DNA from: the human T2T-CHM13v2.0 reference genome, Homo sapiens
Assembly (NCBI RefSeq): GCF_009914755.1
Contig: NC_060933.1
Direction: 5' to 3' (one strand)
DNA length: 64,000 nt
Below, piece after piece: positions 1 to 17,869 of the stretch (position 1 is its first letter; every line of letters begins with the position of its first letter). Under the pieces are notes generated by a model. That model saw nothing but the letters and a program-made list of their open reading frames with translations, was not told the origin of the DNA and did no database searches. The position numbers and the translations under genes are program-made.

Positions 1-113
1 ACAAAACAGAATCAAATTTAGTGACTATTATTGGCTAAATTGTGCCCCCCCACCATTTCATTTGTTGAAGTCCTAACCCCTACTACCTCAGAAGGTGACT
101 TTATTTGAAGATA

Positions 114-425
114 ATCTTTATTTTATTTTATTTTTTTTTTTTTGAGACAGAGTCTCGGTGCATTGCCCAGGCTGGAGTGCAGTGCATGATCTCTGCTCAC
201 CACAACCTCTGCCTCCTGGGTTAAAGCGATTCTCATGCCTCAGCCCCTGAGTAACTGGGATTACAGGTGAGCACTACCATGCCCAGCTAATTTTTGTATT
301 TTTAGTACAGATGGGGTTTCACCATGTTGGCCAGGCTGGTCTTGAACTCCTCTGGCCTCAAGTGATCTGCCCATCTTGGTCTCCCAAAGTGCTGGGACTG
401 TAGGCATGAGCCACCTCACCTGGCC
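114..425 (-). mobile_element. Alu (AluS-type), full length
   Basis: Poly-T followed by reverse-complement Alu dimer ending cctggcc; approximate TSD gaagata..tcttta on both sides. Confidence 0.95.
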
Positions 426-680
426 AGAAGATAGAGTCTTTAAGGAGGTGATTAAGTTTAAATATAGTCATTGGGTTTGGTCCTAGTCCAATATGGCTGG
501 TGTCCTTAAAAGAAGGGATTAAGACACAGACATTCACAGAAAACACATGAATAAGAGGAAAGATGGCAGCCACCTACACACCAAGGAAAGAAGCCTCATA
601 AGAAATCAACTCTGCTGGCACCTTGGTGTTGGACTTCTAGCCTCCAGAATTGTGAGATAATGAACTTCCCATATTCAGTT

Positions 681-1364
681 TGTAACCTCCCAATGGGTTA
701 CCCATTGCCTAGACAGAGCCGATTTAACAAGAAGGGGAAATTGCAGTAGAGAAAGAATAATTCACACAGAGCGGACTGTGCAGGAGACTGAAGTTTTATT
801 ATTACTCAAATCAGTCTCTCCAAGTATTTGGGGATCAGACCTTTTAAGGACAACTTCATGGGTGGGAGGAAGCCAGTGAGCCAGGTGTTCTCATTGGTTA
901 GGTAGCAGATGAAGTCATAAGGAATTGAAGCTGTCCTCTTACACTGAGTCAGTTCCTGGGTGGGGGCTACAAGATCAGATGAGCCAGTTAATACATGTGG
1001 GTGGTGCTAGCTGATCCATCAAGTGCAGGGTCTGCAAAATATCTCAGGTACTGATTTTAGAAGCAGTTTAGGGAGGGTGAGAATCTTGTAGCCTCCAGCT
1101 GCATGACTCCTAAATCTTAATTTCTAATCTTGTGGCTGATATTAGTCCTACAAAGGCAGTCTAGTCTCTGGGCAAGAAGGAGGGTTGTTTTGGGAAAGGG
1201 TTGTTATCGTCTTTGTTTTAAACTATAAACTAAGTTCCTCCCAAAGTTAGTTCAGCCTATGCCCAGGAATGAACAAGGACAGCTTAGAGGTTAGAAGCAA
1301 GATGGAGTTGGTTAGATTAGATCTCTTTCACTGTTTCAGTCATAATTTTGCAAAGGCTGTTTTA
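681..1364 (-). mobile_element. LTR8 (ERV1) solo LTR
   Basis: tgtaacctcccaatgggtt...cctagacagagccgattt...gtcataattttgcaaaggc matches the reverse complement of recalled LTR8 consensus; ~685 bp. Confidence 0.8.
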
Positions 1365-1455
1365 AGGCTACCCAGTTTGTGGTATTTTGTTACAGCAGCT
1401 CTCACAAACTAATGCAGTGAGTGACTGTTTAAGTAAAGATGCTATTGTGTTTCTA

Positions 1456-1854
<399 letters not shown>

Positions 1855-2194
1855 CTAGACATCTATCAAAAGCATAAAAATGAAATTTTAATATACAACA
1901 TGAAAAATAACAATATATAAATGTTTACTTAGGGATAAAGTTAAGAGTTAGCATAACCTATATAACATATATTTTTTCTTTTTTTTTATTATTATACTAT
2001 AAGTTTTAGGGTACATGTGCACATTGTGCAGGTTAGTTACATAGGTATACATGTGCCATGCTGGTGCGCTGCACCCACTAACTCATCATCTAGCATTAGG
2101 TATATCTCCCAGTGCCATCCCTCCCACCTCCCCCCAACCCACAACAGTCCCCAGAGTGTGATGTCCCCTTCCTGTGTCCATGTGTTCTCATTGC

Positions 2195-6033
<3,839 letters not shown>

Positions 6034-6081
6034 TTATTTTGCTCGTTAGTTGATGCAGTTTCTTCCTAGTCTTGATGGTCT

Positions 6082-7098
6082 TTACATTTTGGCATGATTT
6101 TGCAGCGGCTGGTACCAGTTGTTCCTTTCCATGTTTAGTGCTTCCTTTGGGAGCTCTTGTAGGGCAGGCCTGGTGGTGACAAAATCTCTCAGCATTTGCT
6201 TGTCTGCAAAGTATTTTATTTCTCCTTCACTTATGAAGCTTAGTTTGGCTGGATATGAAATTCTGGGTTGAAAATTCTTTTCTTTAAGAATGTTGAATAT
6301 TGGCCCCCACTCTCTTCTGGCTTGTAGGGTTTCTGCCGAGAGATCAGCTGTTAGTCTGATGGGCTTCCCTTTGAGGGTAATCCGACCTTTCTCTCTGGCT
6401 GCCCTTAATATTTTTTCCTTCATTTCAACTTTGGTGAATCTGACAATTATGTGTCTTGGAGTTGCTCTTCTTGAGGAGTATCTTTGTGGCATTGTCTGTA
6501 TTTCCTGAATCTGAACCTTGGCCTGCCTTGCTAGATTGGGGAACTTCTCCTGGATAATATCCTGCAGAGTGTTTTCCAACTTGGTTCCATTCTCCCCATC
6601 ACTTCCAGGTACACCAATCAGACGTAGATTTGGTCTTTTCACATAGTCCCATATTTCTTGGAGGCTTTGCTCATTTCTTTTTATTCTTTTTTCTCTAAAC
6701 TTCCCTTCTTGCTTCATTTCATTCATTTCATCTTCCATTGCTGATACCCTTTCTTCCAGTTGATCACATCGGCTCCTGAGGCTTCTGCATTCTTCACGTA
6801 GTTCTGGAGCCTTGGTTTTCAGCTCCATCAGCTCCTTTAAGCACTTCTCTGTATTGGTTATTCTAGTTATACATTCTTCTAAATTTTTTTCAAAGTTTTC
6901 AACTTCTTTGCCTTTGGTTTGAATGTCCTCCCGTAGCTCAGAGTAATTTGATCATCTGAAGCCTTCTTCTCTCAGCTAGTCAAAGTCATTCTCCATATAG
7001 CTTTGTTCCGTTGCTGGTGAGGAACTGCGTTCCTTTGGAGGAGGAGAGGCCCTCTGCTTTTTAGAGTTTCCAGTTTTTCTGTTCTGTTTTTTCCCCAT
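6082..7098 (-). pseudogene. L1 ORF1 (RNA-binding protein) with premature stops at codons 41 and 49
   Basis: ATG at 7098 (MGKKQNRK); 1017 nt to the stop; TAG at 6978-6976 and TGA at 6954-6952; the residual 248-aa ORF MELKTKA...NHAKM is open. Confidence 0.93.
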
Positions 7099-7995
7099 CT
7101 TTGTGGTTTTATCTACTTTTGGTCTTTGATGATGGTGATGTACAGATGGGTTTTTGGTGTGGATGTCCCTTCTGTTTGTTAGTTTTCCTTCTAACAGACA
7201 GGACCCTCAGCTGCAGGTCTGTTGGAGTACCCTGCTGTGTGAGGTGTCAGTGTGCTCCTGCTGGGGGGTGCCTCCCAGTTAGGCTGCTCAGGGGTCAGGG
7301 GTCAGGGACCCACTTGAGGAGGCAGTCTGCCTGTTCTCAGATCTCCAGCTGCGTGCTGGGAGAACCACTGCTCTCTTCAAAGCTGTCAGACAGGGACATT
7401 TAAGTCTGCAGAGGTTACTGCTGTCTTTTTGTTTGTCTGTGCCCTACCCTCAGAGGTGGAGCCTACAGAGGCAGGCAGGCCTCCTTGAGCTGTGGTGGGC
7501 TCCACCCAGTTCCAGCTTCCAGGCTGCTTTGTTTACCTAATCAAGCCTGGGCAAGGGTGGGTGCCCCTCCCCCAGCCTTGCTGCCGCCTTGCAGTTTGAT
7601 CTCAGACTGCTGTGCTAGCAATCAGCGAGACTCCGTGGGCGTAGGACCCTCGGAGCCAGGTGCAGGATATACTCTCGTGGTGCGCCGTTTTTTAAGCCTG
7701 TCGGAAAAGCTCAGTATTCGGGTGGGAGTGACCCGATTTTCCAGGTGCCGTCCGTCACCCCTTTCTTTGACTCGGAAAGGGAACTCCCTGACCCCTTGCG
7801 CTTCCGAAGTGAGGCAATGCCTCTCCCTGCTGTGGCTCGAGCAGGGTGCGCGCACCCACTGACCTGCACCCACTGTCTGGCACTCCCTAGTGAGATGAAC
7901 CCGGTACCTCAGTTGGAAATGCAGAAATCACCCGTCTTCTGCGTCGCTCACGCTGGGAGCTGTAGACCAGAGCTGTTCCTATTCGGCCATCTTGG
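7099..7995 (-). promoter_or_regulatory. L1 5'UTR internal sense promoter and antisense promoter region; YY1 site intact
   Basis: CpG-rich L1 5'UTR; AAGATGGCC on the minus strand at 7985-7993. Confidence 0.75.
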
Positions 7996-8423
7996 GAAAA
8001 TTTTCAGTCCTGTATAACATATTAAGAAAGCAATATAGCCTGTTATTTATGAGTACTTAACTTTGCCACTTGTTATATTCATGTCCAAAGGCAAGTGAAT
8101 TAATTTTCTGTGCCACGAATTTCCAGGGATATTGCTGAGAACTTACCTTATTCCTTTATTATAGAACTAAAAAGACAACTTATGTAAAGCAACACAGTGC
8201 CTGTTGTATATTATTGCTTAAAAAGTGTTAGTTATTTTTGTCGTTTATTCATTTATAAAAGGAAGTATATTAACAGTTATCAGATTGTTTACTTATAAGA
8301 TTTGACCAAAGATACACTTGAAAAGCCATTATCACTTTTCCAAAATGAATTCTGTTAGCTTTTCATCAAATAGATAAAAACATGTCACTATTGTGTTCCT
8401 CTTCAAAGATACCGTATTAGGTT

Positions 8424-8463
8424 TCTTTGTTGTTGTTGTTGTTTTGCTTTTGTTTTGTTTTTG
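8424..8463. repeat. (GTT)n/(GTTTT)n simple repeat
   Basis: ctttgttgttgttgttgttttgcttttgttttgtttttg. Confidence 0.7.
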
Positions 8464-9399
8464 CAATGTGAAGCTGATTAGATTACTTCCAGATCTACTT
8501 TATGTGTTAATTATTATAATTCTACAAATAATGGGTTTGATTTAAAATATTGTGCTAACCACATAATTTTTACTTTGTTCAAGTTCAATTTATTTTTCTA
8601 AAAGTTTAAAAAGATGATTTAAAAAAATCCAAAGCCTCCAGTAGCTTACCGTTTTACCAGTCTAGTTAGTATGATATTTTAAGCATAATTTAGGACATTA
8701 TTGGAAGATATGCAAAAACATGGGGCAATTATATCGAAAGAAAATAAATATTTAGTAGTAACAAAATTGAGGTTCACTGTTGTGGAACTTGATGAGACCC
8801 TGATGTGTAACCAGTTCCAGGAGGGCTATTTTGTTTTGTTTTGTCTTTATTAACAAAAATAACAGAAAGAATAACAGTTATAGTACAGTAAAAGTTTTAT
8901 GGGTTTTGTAGAGAAGAAGGGGTAATTAGGTTCTGAGCTCTTTGGAGCCAATAAGCCACTATCTGGGTTTTGCATTCAAAAGCAAATTTAGAAAATTTAT
9001 ACAACAGCAAGTTTAGACTAAAATACATATTTTTTTAAAAAACTACAAAGAGACCTCTTTTTTTTGAAGCTTTGATAGGGTAAAATAAACCTAGAAGCTG
9101 TTTACTATAAAGTTAGTTACTCTAAAGTTTGATAGAGATGGTGGAATACAAATGTAGGCGAGGATGTTTTTGTACCTGAAAGTCTGCAAAAAGTGCAAAA
9201 GATACAACAGAGTATTATTTTAGACAGTAATTGATGCTGATATAATAGCAGTATGTCATTAAATTGTCCTTGGGTAATCTAATTCCTGAAATTTTACTCC
9301 TTATATAATGTCTCTTGCTTATTCATAATAAGATGTCCTAATATGAAATCTATCAAGTACTTTAATTTCTGAAACTTAATTTTAACCTATTACTTGTCT

Positions 9400-9710
9400 T
9401 TCTAGTTTCAGTTCAGCCATCATCTCCTTTAAGACATCTACTTTATTCCTTTAGTCTGTGTCAAGGACAATTCTTATTTGGTAACAATTATCATGTGTGT
9501 ACCACTATTGTAGCATTTATCATATTCTAATTTGTGTTGCTTATTAGGCTGTATGACTTGCATGTTTTAATTATCTGTCCCTTCTTCTAGCACCATGAGG
9601 ACAATGTCTGCTTATTTTTCTTCTTCATTAATCTTTATTTGTAATCTTAGCACCTAGAATAGTATTTGCAAGAGAAGGTGCTCAAAATAACTTTAATTAA
9701 TAAATGAACA
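9400..9710 (+). mobile_element. L2 3'-end remnant
   Basis: tagcacctagaatagtatttgc...ggtgctcaaaataac...taaatgaa resembles the L2 3' terminus. Confidence 0.5.
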
Positions 9711-10749
9711 ATTGTGTATGAACTAGTCCCATTTAAAAAGTACATTTACACATTTCAGAGTTCCACTTCCATGTGATGGAAACTATTAGAATTCAAAGAA
9801 TAAAAATATAAAGGAAAATAACCTCCTCTTTCTTAGCAAATCCAAGTATATTGTAACACCACAGGGAAGGTCAGAAAGTTCTTCTGTTCTATGTTACTCT
9901 ACTATTATAGAGTTTACTTTTCAAGTTAATATCAGGCCCTATGATATATCAGAGCAATTTCTGGACTTTGCTACTTTGTATCTTCTTGCAGAGCTTATTA
10001 TGAAAAGAATGCAGTGTTAGCACAAAGTTCCCCCACAGTGCTAGGCTGGGAACCATGGGTTTTATCTTTCAATGTCCCCATGTGAGCAATTCCCCTATGC
10101 TGGGAGGTCCCTCTGGACATACACCCTGAAGACTCTAAGAAAATAGCTAAAAATATGACTGAATATTTCACAGTTTTTCTTTCCAAAACAAAACTATGGG
10201 AATTTTATGGAATCTAAAGGGGTTACTAGAGATAAAAATGGCTTTTCCTGTGAGTCAGAAAGAGTCACAAAAATAGCTGACACAAGCAAATGTGGCAGTT
10301 GCAAACTGCACGCAAAAGATATTTGATAACACTAAGCATTCTCCACAAGGTAGAAAACTCTGCACACTAGAACATAAGGTAGTTAGATTTGAAAATGAAA
10401 ACAAAACACAAAAAATAGAAAGTGTTGACAAGACCTATGTTATAAAATACATAACACAACACAATAATACAACATTATACCCTAGACTTCAGTTAACTCC
10501 TGTGTAAATGCTGCTTTTAAAGCCTGATCTGGCTGCCTTAGAAGTTTCCCATGAGGACTAAATAAAATGACAAATGTGCGAACGTGATTTTGAAATGCAA
10601 ATGACTGTACAAATACGACTTGCCCATGGTGTGGTTAATCATAAACAATAGGTGGAGAAATTATGGATGTAATGATAGCTTCATCTAAGCCTAAGAGGAA
10701 GAAACTACTCATGCCCATGTGAGTTCTCTACCTCTTTGGGTGATTATCT

Positions 10750-11180
10750 CTCCCCTGCTTACTACTCTTCAAATGCACTGGACATCAGTAGGTCGTCAAA
10801 TATGCCGGCGACTTTCCCTCCTCAAGCCTGTAACTCAAGCCTTTCCCACTGCTCATGTCACCCTTCACCCAGTTCTTCACAGGGCTCAATTGTTCTTAGC
10901 CTCACATAAAAGCATCTTGTCAGGGAGAAGTCCTCTCTGACCAATCTGTAGAAAGCAAGCCTTCCTTCCCAGTTGCTCCTAATTTTCAATGTCAATATCC
11001 ATTAACTGATTTTTCTTCACTTACCGATATTGATTATAAATACAGAAATTTTAAGAGACGTTTAGCTTGAGTCTCCCTCAGTCCACTGTAAGCTTTATAG
11101 TTAGCCTGTTTTGTTGGTCTTAAATATCCAGAAAAATTCATAGTGCCTGTCACATAGTAAGTGCGGTTAAATAAGTGAAT
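10750..11180 (+). mobile_element. L2 remnant
   Basis: Pyrimidine-rich L2-like body ending tagtgcctgtcacatagtaagtgc...aagtgaat. Confidence 0.45.
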
Positions 11181-11581
11181 AATGTGGTTTCTGGGTAAAT
11201 TTTTATGATTTCAATTTACCTATAAATTTGGATGATATAAACTACCTCCATGTTTCTTTCTAAAATCAACACTCTTAAATACATTGACTATGGGAAGAAA
11301 TCCTTGTATGCTGTATCCCATTTGTCTCTTAAGATACCTATTTTTGCTACACATTTCACTGTGTAAACAGTAAAGAGGAAATAAAGGAGGCTGGAAAGAA
11401 TGGAGCATGTGCAGAAAAAGAAAGACTGAAAGATCACTAGGTATTGTAAGATGGAATTGGTCAGTATGTAATATTGGATAAATCATTTAACTTTTGAATT
11501 ATGGTTTATTCAATTATAAAATATAATTGTTGGAATAGATAATTTTAACTTTCTTCATATCAAAGCTATCCTAGGGGAGTG

Positions 11582-11894
<313 letters not shown>

Positions 11895-13299
11895 TAAAAA
11901 CTAAGCAAAAAATATTCATTTTGAATTATAGATATAGGTGTATGTTTGAAAGTAATATGATTTATATCTATAATGCATCTTATAATTTCTGTTATAAAAT
12001 ATATACTTATATATCTAATATATAATTACATATGTATGTAAAAACATATGTTTAAGAAAAATATACTTAAGAAGTACATATTCTGCAAGTATTCTATAAG
12101 CTTGGAGTGGTGCTATAAAATTGCAATAAATACGTAACATTAAAATAGATGGTGATACACTAGAAAAAATGTGTTAATAAAAGTCACGTGGTAAAGCACA
12201 CAAGTTAATGCTACAAAGGTTGATATTTCAAAAGAATAACAGTTGTTTCAAGATGTTTTCCTTCCTTGTTCTGTTTCGTTGTCTTCTACTGGTTGGTTTG
12301 CCAATTCCAACCAAGGAAACACACTTAACAGACTGATTTGAAATTGATTTTATTAGTTCAGCCGTCTGTAAACATTCTCATGCATCATTAATATTATACA
12401 TTGCAAAGAACCGCTTTCCTTAAATTGTAGATTTTTGGATATAAATTCAAGACTGTAGTAAATAATTGTCTGACTGTGAAATGAACACTTGTAGTATATG
12501 CACTCATGAGTTAGCTGAAGTGTATAATTAAGATATACATTTTAGTGTGGCTTATTAAATCACAAAACACAAAAAAGCCATTGGAATTTGAATGATTGTA
12601 AGGAGTAATAAGATTTGATAGAGGTTACAATGACAGATAGCATTTTGTTTGATATTTCAAGTTTGGTAAAATTACACCTGAATTGAGAATTCTGAATGCT
12701 TTATGTATGTATCAGGTGCTATCTAAAATAAGGCAAATAAAAGTTTAATTAACTAAGAAGTTCTAAACTATTGCAATACCTTTTAGAGTAGCAAAGTATG
12801 TGACTGACCAAGTTGAATGAGCATTTCCATTTCCATATAAAGTGCAAGAGATTTAAAAATATGCTTTTTTGCTTCTATTTGTAAATCTTAAATTTCTGAA
12901 AATGATCTTCTCCCTGCCAAAATTTCTATTCTTTGACTGTTTTACTCACCTCCCAATTCTGATTTATGACCAGATCAGATTGATGCCATGTTTCACAAGA
13001 GGCAACTGATCTGTCCACATTTTTTTTAACTGCACCGCGACCTCCCTATTCCAAGTCATAAGCATCTCATACTCAGATTATTGTAACCTGCTCACTGGTC
13101 TCAAAGGTTTTATATCTCCACTTCTTCATTCTGTTATTTAATCAGCTGTCAGAGTGATCTTAAAATGTAACTTGGAAATGGCTCTTTCTAGCTGTTCTTG
13201 TGTGGGACTTAAGTTCAGATCACATTATTGCACTCTTGTGAGCAACTTATACCGCATTTGCAGTACTCCTCTAGCTCCATAGTAAATGACTTCTAAGCA

Positions 13300-13500
13300 C
13301 CATGCAGAATAACAATTCTTTAATTGTTCTTCCTTATTTAATTTGCACAGAAACCCTGTGAGGTAGATGTTATTAGATCCACTGTGTATATGAGGAAATT
13401 GAGGTTTGTAAGTCACATGACATGTCTCATCTAAGCAGTGACAAAAGCTGGAATCCAGGTACAGAGAGTTGTGACCCAAAACCCATGAACTTTCTATTGT
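13300..13500 (-). mobile_element. MIR SINE
   Basis: aaccctgtgaggtagatgttatta...atgaggaaattgagg...aagctggaatccagg (MIR core, reverse orientation). Confidence 0.65.
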
Positions 13501-16099
13501 ATCATTAGAAACATAAGGATCCCAGTAAATCAGGTGAGTCTCCCTTTTAATTTATGTTTCTCCTTCCCCAACCATTAACACTGATCCAATATTTACTCAT
13601 ATCAGCTTGTCTGAGAATGTTATGCTCGATAGTAGGTAGAAAATCACAAGTGAAGTGCCAGCCCAAAAAAGCAGTCAAATGGATCTTTCTCTTCTCTTTT
13701 CACCCCTGATTACTATCCTGTGATGACTGGTTATTGCGTGATAAGCCTCCAAGTTTCTCATGCCATTAAATCACTATATTGCTGCCAGGTTTTGCTCAAA
13801 GGAATGAACATCCATTTCTCTTTGTCATTTGGTGCCATATGTCATTGTCTCAGATTTGACTGGAAGAGAGTTGGACTTGTGCACTTTTAATACTTCTGCC
13901 CCGCTGCAGAATCTTGCAAGCTCATATCAAGTTTCCAATAACTACATTGTCTTGAAAATAATAGTTGGCTTAATAAAAATCCTCTCTCCTCACTAAGTTT
14001 TTAAGCTACAAAGGCTGTAAGGATATTATATTAGTAATGTCGTTCTTGGACAGTTATGACTATTGAGGGGAAGATAGCCAAAATATACCCAGCCTCTCCC
14101 ATGTATCTGGCAAGAATAGTGTATAAAAAGCAAGACTGAATCTGCTCTCAAATAGCTACGACTTTGAGATTATCAAGAACATGAGATATTTGTAGTTTGT
14201 TACTTGGCTTGTGTCCCAAGTCTATCTCTTTGTGGCCTCTATGGCCAGTAAGTGCTGGATCACACTATCTTCTGTAGTCTTGCCCATACTGTGGATAGGA
14301 ACATGGTCACTCTACACACTGTGTCTTTCCCAGTTTGTTTTCCAGGTCCAACTTCTGGGGCTTTTGTGTATGCTACAGCCAGTCATATCATAGACCAAAG
14401 ATCACCTAGTTTACCCTGTGGAATGAATTGAGGGAAAATTTGCTGATAGGACACATGATAGTAAAAGCTCTAGAAAGGCACAAAGGCCTAAGTGTATAGT
14501 GGCAACTCTGTTTTTCCAAAGGAATCTTAGTTTAAATAAGATTCTAAAGTCTGGGGCATAACTTCTACAAAACCTATGATGGTAATGGACTCCACAGTTC
14601 ATGTCTCGAGCATGAAATAGCTTCTGAGGAACCATCCCATGGGTGTTACCATTCAGCTCTGCCAAATCACATTCTCCCAGAAGGAATGTTTGGATTCTGA
14701 GGCTACCTGTCAAGTTTTTCTAAACTTAAAGTTTTCCCATTACCCTTCATCATGTTCAAACTTTCCACCTTCCTTCCAGTTTCTGTCCTGTACTCCAAAT
14801 TAAGTCTTCTAATCTTCACTCAGGGATGGAATTTGGGGAGGTGCTAAACCTTTGTTACCCTTCAGAAGGGTGTACTATGATGTTATAGGCAATAGGCTTA
14901 GCTCCCTTATCTCCTGTAAATTATTAAAGAAATTATCCCCACCACACTTACTAAAAGCAGTAAGAGACATTCTAATATAGCTAGGGTATTTCATTCTAGT
15001 TTAAATCTATTTACTCTTCTTTTTCCCAGTGTAATTATTAGTAATGCTTCCTTTCAGTATCAAAAAAATTTGACAAAGTGTGATCACATTTTCTACAATC
15101 TACAATCTATACTTCAAGGTACTAGACCATTACTTACAACTCTCTGAACCTGATGAATTCTGTAACAACATATATCACTAACCCACAATTCTCCTTGTAT
15201 ATAACTTTCTCCTCTCCTCCAGCTGTATTGGCACCTTTCATACACCATCAGTATATAAATTATAGTTGTTGATTTGTTTCCTTCTAAGAACAACAACAAA
15301 AAAACCCGAACATATTTGTGTGTGTTTGAAATGTTTTATATGTTTATAGGAAATATGTGTGTATATAAAATGTTACATGTAATGATATACATGCATACAT
15401 AAATTTTGGTTTTTAAAATATCTATATAGAGAGAAAAAAAAGAAGAGAAATTTGACTGTATTGTATTGTGATATAGACTTAATCAATAGACTGGTCCTCC
15501 CTCCCTCCCTCCTGTTTGCTTTCTTATTTTTAAAAATGGTGAACTTTGAATTTAAGTTTTATAGTGGTAAAAAGTAACTTGGATCAAATCAGTTCCTTTG
15601 CTCAAAGACCTTCACCACTGATCATCCCAATGCACTTACCCTTAACACAGTCCACGAGGTCCTGTGTAATCTGACTCATTACATAAATTATCTTTTATGT
15701 TTGATTACATGGAATTCATGTCCTTTCTATGCTCCAGCAGAGGGAGGTTCTTTCAGTTCCTTGGTGCACCAAGCTACTTTATGCCTCAGAACTGATTATT
15801 TCTCTCATGTTCTAGACTCTACTTTTCTAAATCTTACACCTGGAAGGCCATTTAGGTAAGCCTCATCACCCTCCTTTATCATCAATGATTCTTGCTTTCA
15901 CTAGTTAATTTCCCCCGATACTTAATTGGATTCCATGGAGATAAACACAGAAATGTTTATTTAACATCTTTGTCACACTTTGAATCCTGAGCACTTAGGT
16001 ATGGTAGAGATTTGTGCCCAAAGTCTCAAAAGGTGGAACTTTTAAGTAGTTTTAATAATTTTTGTCCCTCAACTAGGAAGGCTCAAACTCAGTCCATAC

Positions 16100-16670
16100 T
16101 GAAACGGGAGAGTTCCCTGATTCCCCTCACAGGTGTGCGACAGGGGTGTGGCTTGCCTGCTCCATCACCGGACAGCTCAAACCCATGGGGGGAACATGCA
16201 GGTGGGCAGGTGCAGAGGCCGGCCAATGCTTCTGGGCTCCAGCCTTTTGGTAATGTCTAGGGAAGGGCACCTGCAATCCCAGTGTTACAAAGCTCTTTCA
16301 GCTCTGCCATCTGCAGATGGGATGAGTGTTAATCAGCTCAATGGACCCTCTTCCTTCTGGCAAGGGCAGAGGGACAGTGTGACTGCTTCCTGTATCCTGA
16401 GCTCTTGCCCAGCATACTGAAAGAATCAGATCACACATGGGCTCCAAGGAGGAGTGCAAGGTTTTATTGAGTGGTGGAGGTGGCTCTCAGTGAAATGGAT
16501 GGGGAGCCGGAAGGTGGGAATGGAGTGGGAAGGTGATCTTCCCCTGGATTCTGACTGTTCTCAGCCTATGTTCAGGTGCCTCTTCCCTACTCTGCCACGA
16601 CACCCCGCCACTCTGTGCTGCTCTTGATGTTCAGCTGCTTGTGTGTGTGCCCACTAAGGTTTCGTGTTTT
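16100..16670 (-). mobile_element. ERV1 LTR fragment of the LTR27/LTR28/MER52 group
   Basis: tgaaacgggagagttccctgattcccctcacagg... is the reverse complement of this group's LTR 3' end; ttttattg gives a reverse poly(A) signal; abrupt GC-rich island in AT-rich DNA. Confidence 0.65.
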
Positions 16671-17869
16671 CCCCCTTTTTGATCTTGAAATTACATGTGT
16701 TTTTATTTCTCCTCGATAGGAGTTGATGTCTTTTGATATCTCACCACTGACCTCATTTTTACCTCATTTGCTAGATCTTACCACTTTGCTAATACTCTTT
16801 AAAAGTAATTTAACTGACTCATTTCAGTGCTAATATCTTGTTATAGACACAGTCTAAATATATGGTAACTATAACATATAATTATTTAAATAATAAACTA
16901 TTAGTTTATTTTTTGTAATGCTATCTTATTATTAGCTACTAAGTGCCTTATGTGACCAGAGATCAATAAATTATTTCTCTTCTCTGCTTGAAGTTTCAAA
17001 TTAGAAACACATTTGAGTGATGAAGCTAGAGCTATTTTACAAGGTTGACTGCTATTATTGGATTGATGAATTTTAAGATGTGGACATATGTGAGAGGCTC
17101 ACCCAACAGACTTCACTGGTTTCTAGGTAAGAAATTGATGTCAAATAAGGAAAGGAGGTAGGAGTAGTAGTAATTGTATATTATGAGGAATTTTCTATGT
17201 CTCTCATTTTGTGTTTCAAGATCCTTTATCATCTTTTAAACTCATGTATAAAATCATATATTAGCTCCAGAATTACTGAAATATACACTCATAATTTCCA
17301 TGAGTTGTCAAAATTTTTGTGATTTCTAAGCCTTAGCCTTTTCAGTTTGTATTTTAAATTCTAGGATAATTGTTGGTTAATATATTTGTATCTATCTTGT
17401 TAAAAAAAAACAGATACTCTACAAAGAACAACTGTTAGGTATATTGACGAAAACTATTATGTCTTTGGAAGGCATTGGTTAAATATGAAAAACAACCTGG
17501 AAAGAAAAAAAGACATCTTTCACTTTAGAAATCAGTTTTTATTAAAATGAAACAAAATATTGTATTTTAACATCACTTCTATTGACCTCACACATTGGGA
17601 TAAAAAAACCAAACATGGCATGTGTTTCCATTTACTTCATTTATTCACATCATCTTTCATATTCCACAAAAACATACAGTATATTTCTTCAAAAAGATTC
17701 TATGTTACTCAGGTAGAATTGACTCCTAGAATTTTGATTTTTTTTCTGTTATGATTGATTGTCTATTAAATATCCTAACAGATTTTCATTGGTATATAAG
17801 AAAGTTGTTTTAAATTTGTGTTACAATTTACCTTGAATAAAATGTGCCTTTTGTGAGTGAAATCCCTGT

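Larger units (their letters stand above)
26..1416 (+). mobile_element. MLT1B-type MaLR solo LTR, interrupted by an Alu (114-425) and an LTR8 (681-1364)
   Basis: Resembles MLT1B consensus (gttgaagtcctaacccc...acctcagaaggtgact...ggacttctagcctccagaattgtgag | cccagtttgtggtattttgttacagcagc...aactaatgca); near 5-bp TSD gtgac (21-25)/gtgag (1417-1421). Confidence 0.8.
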
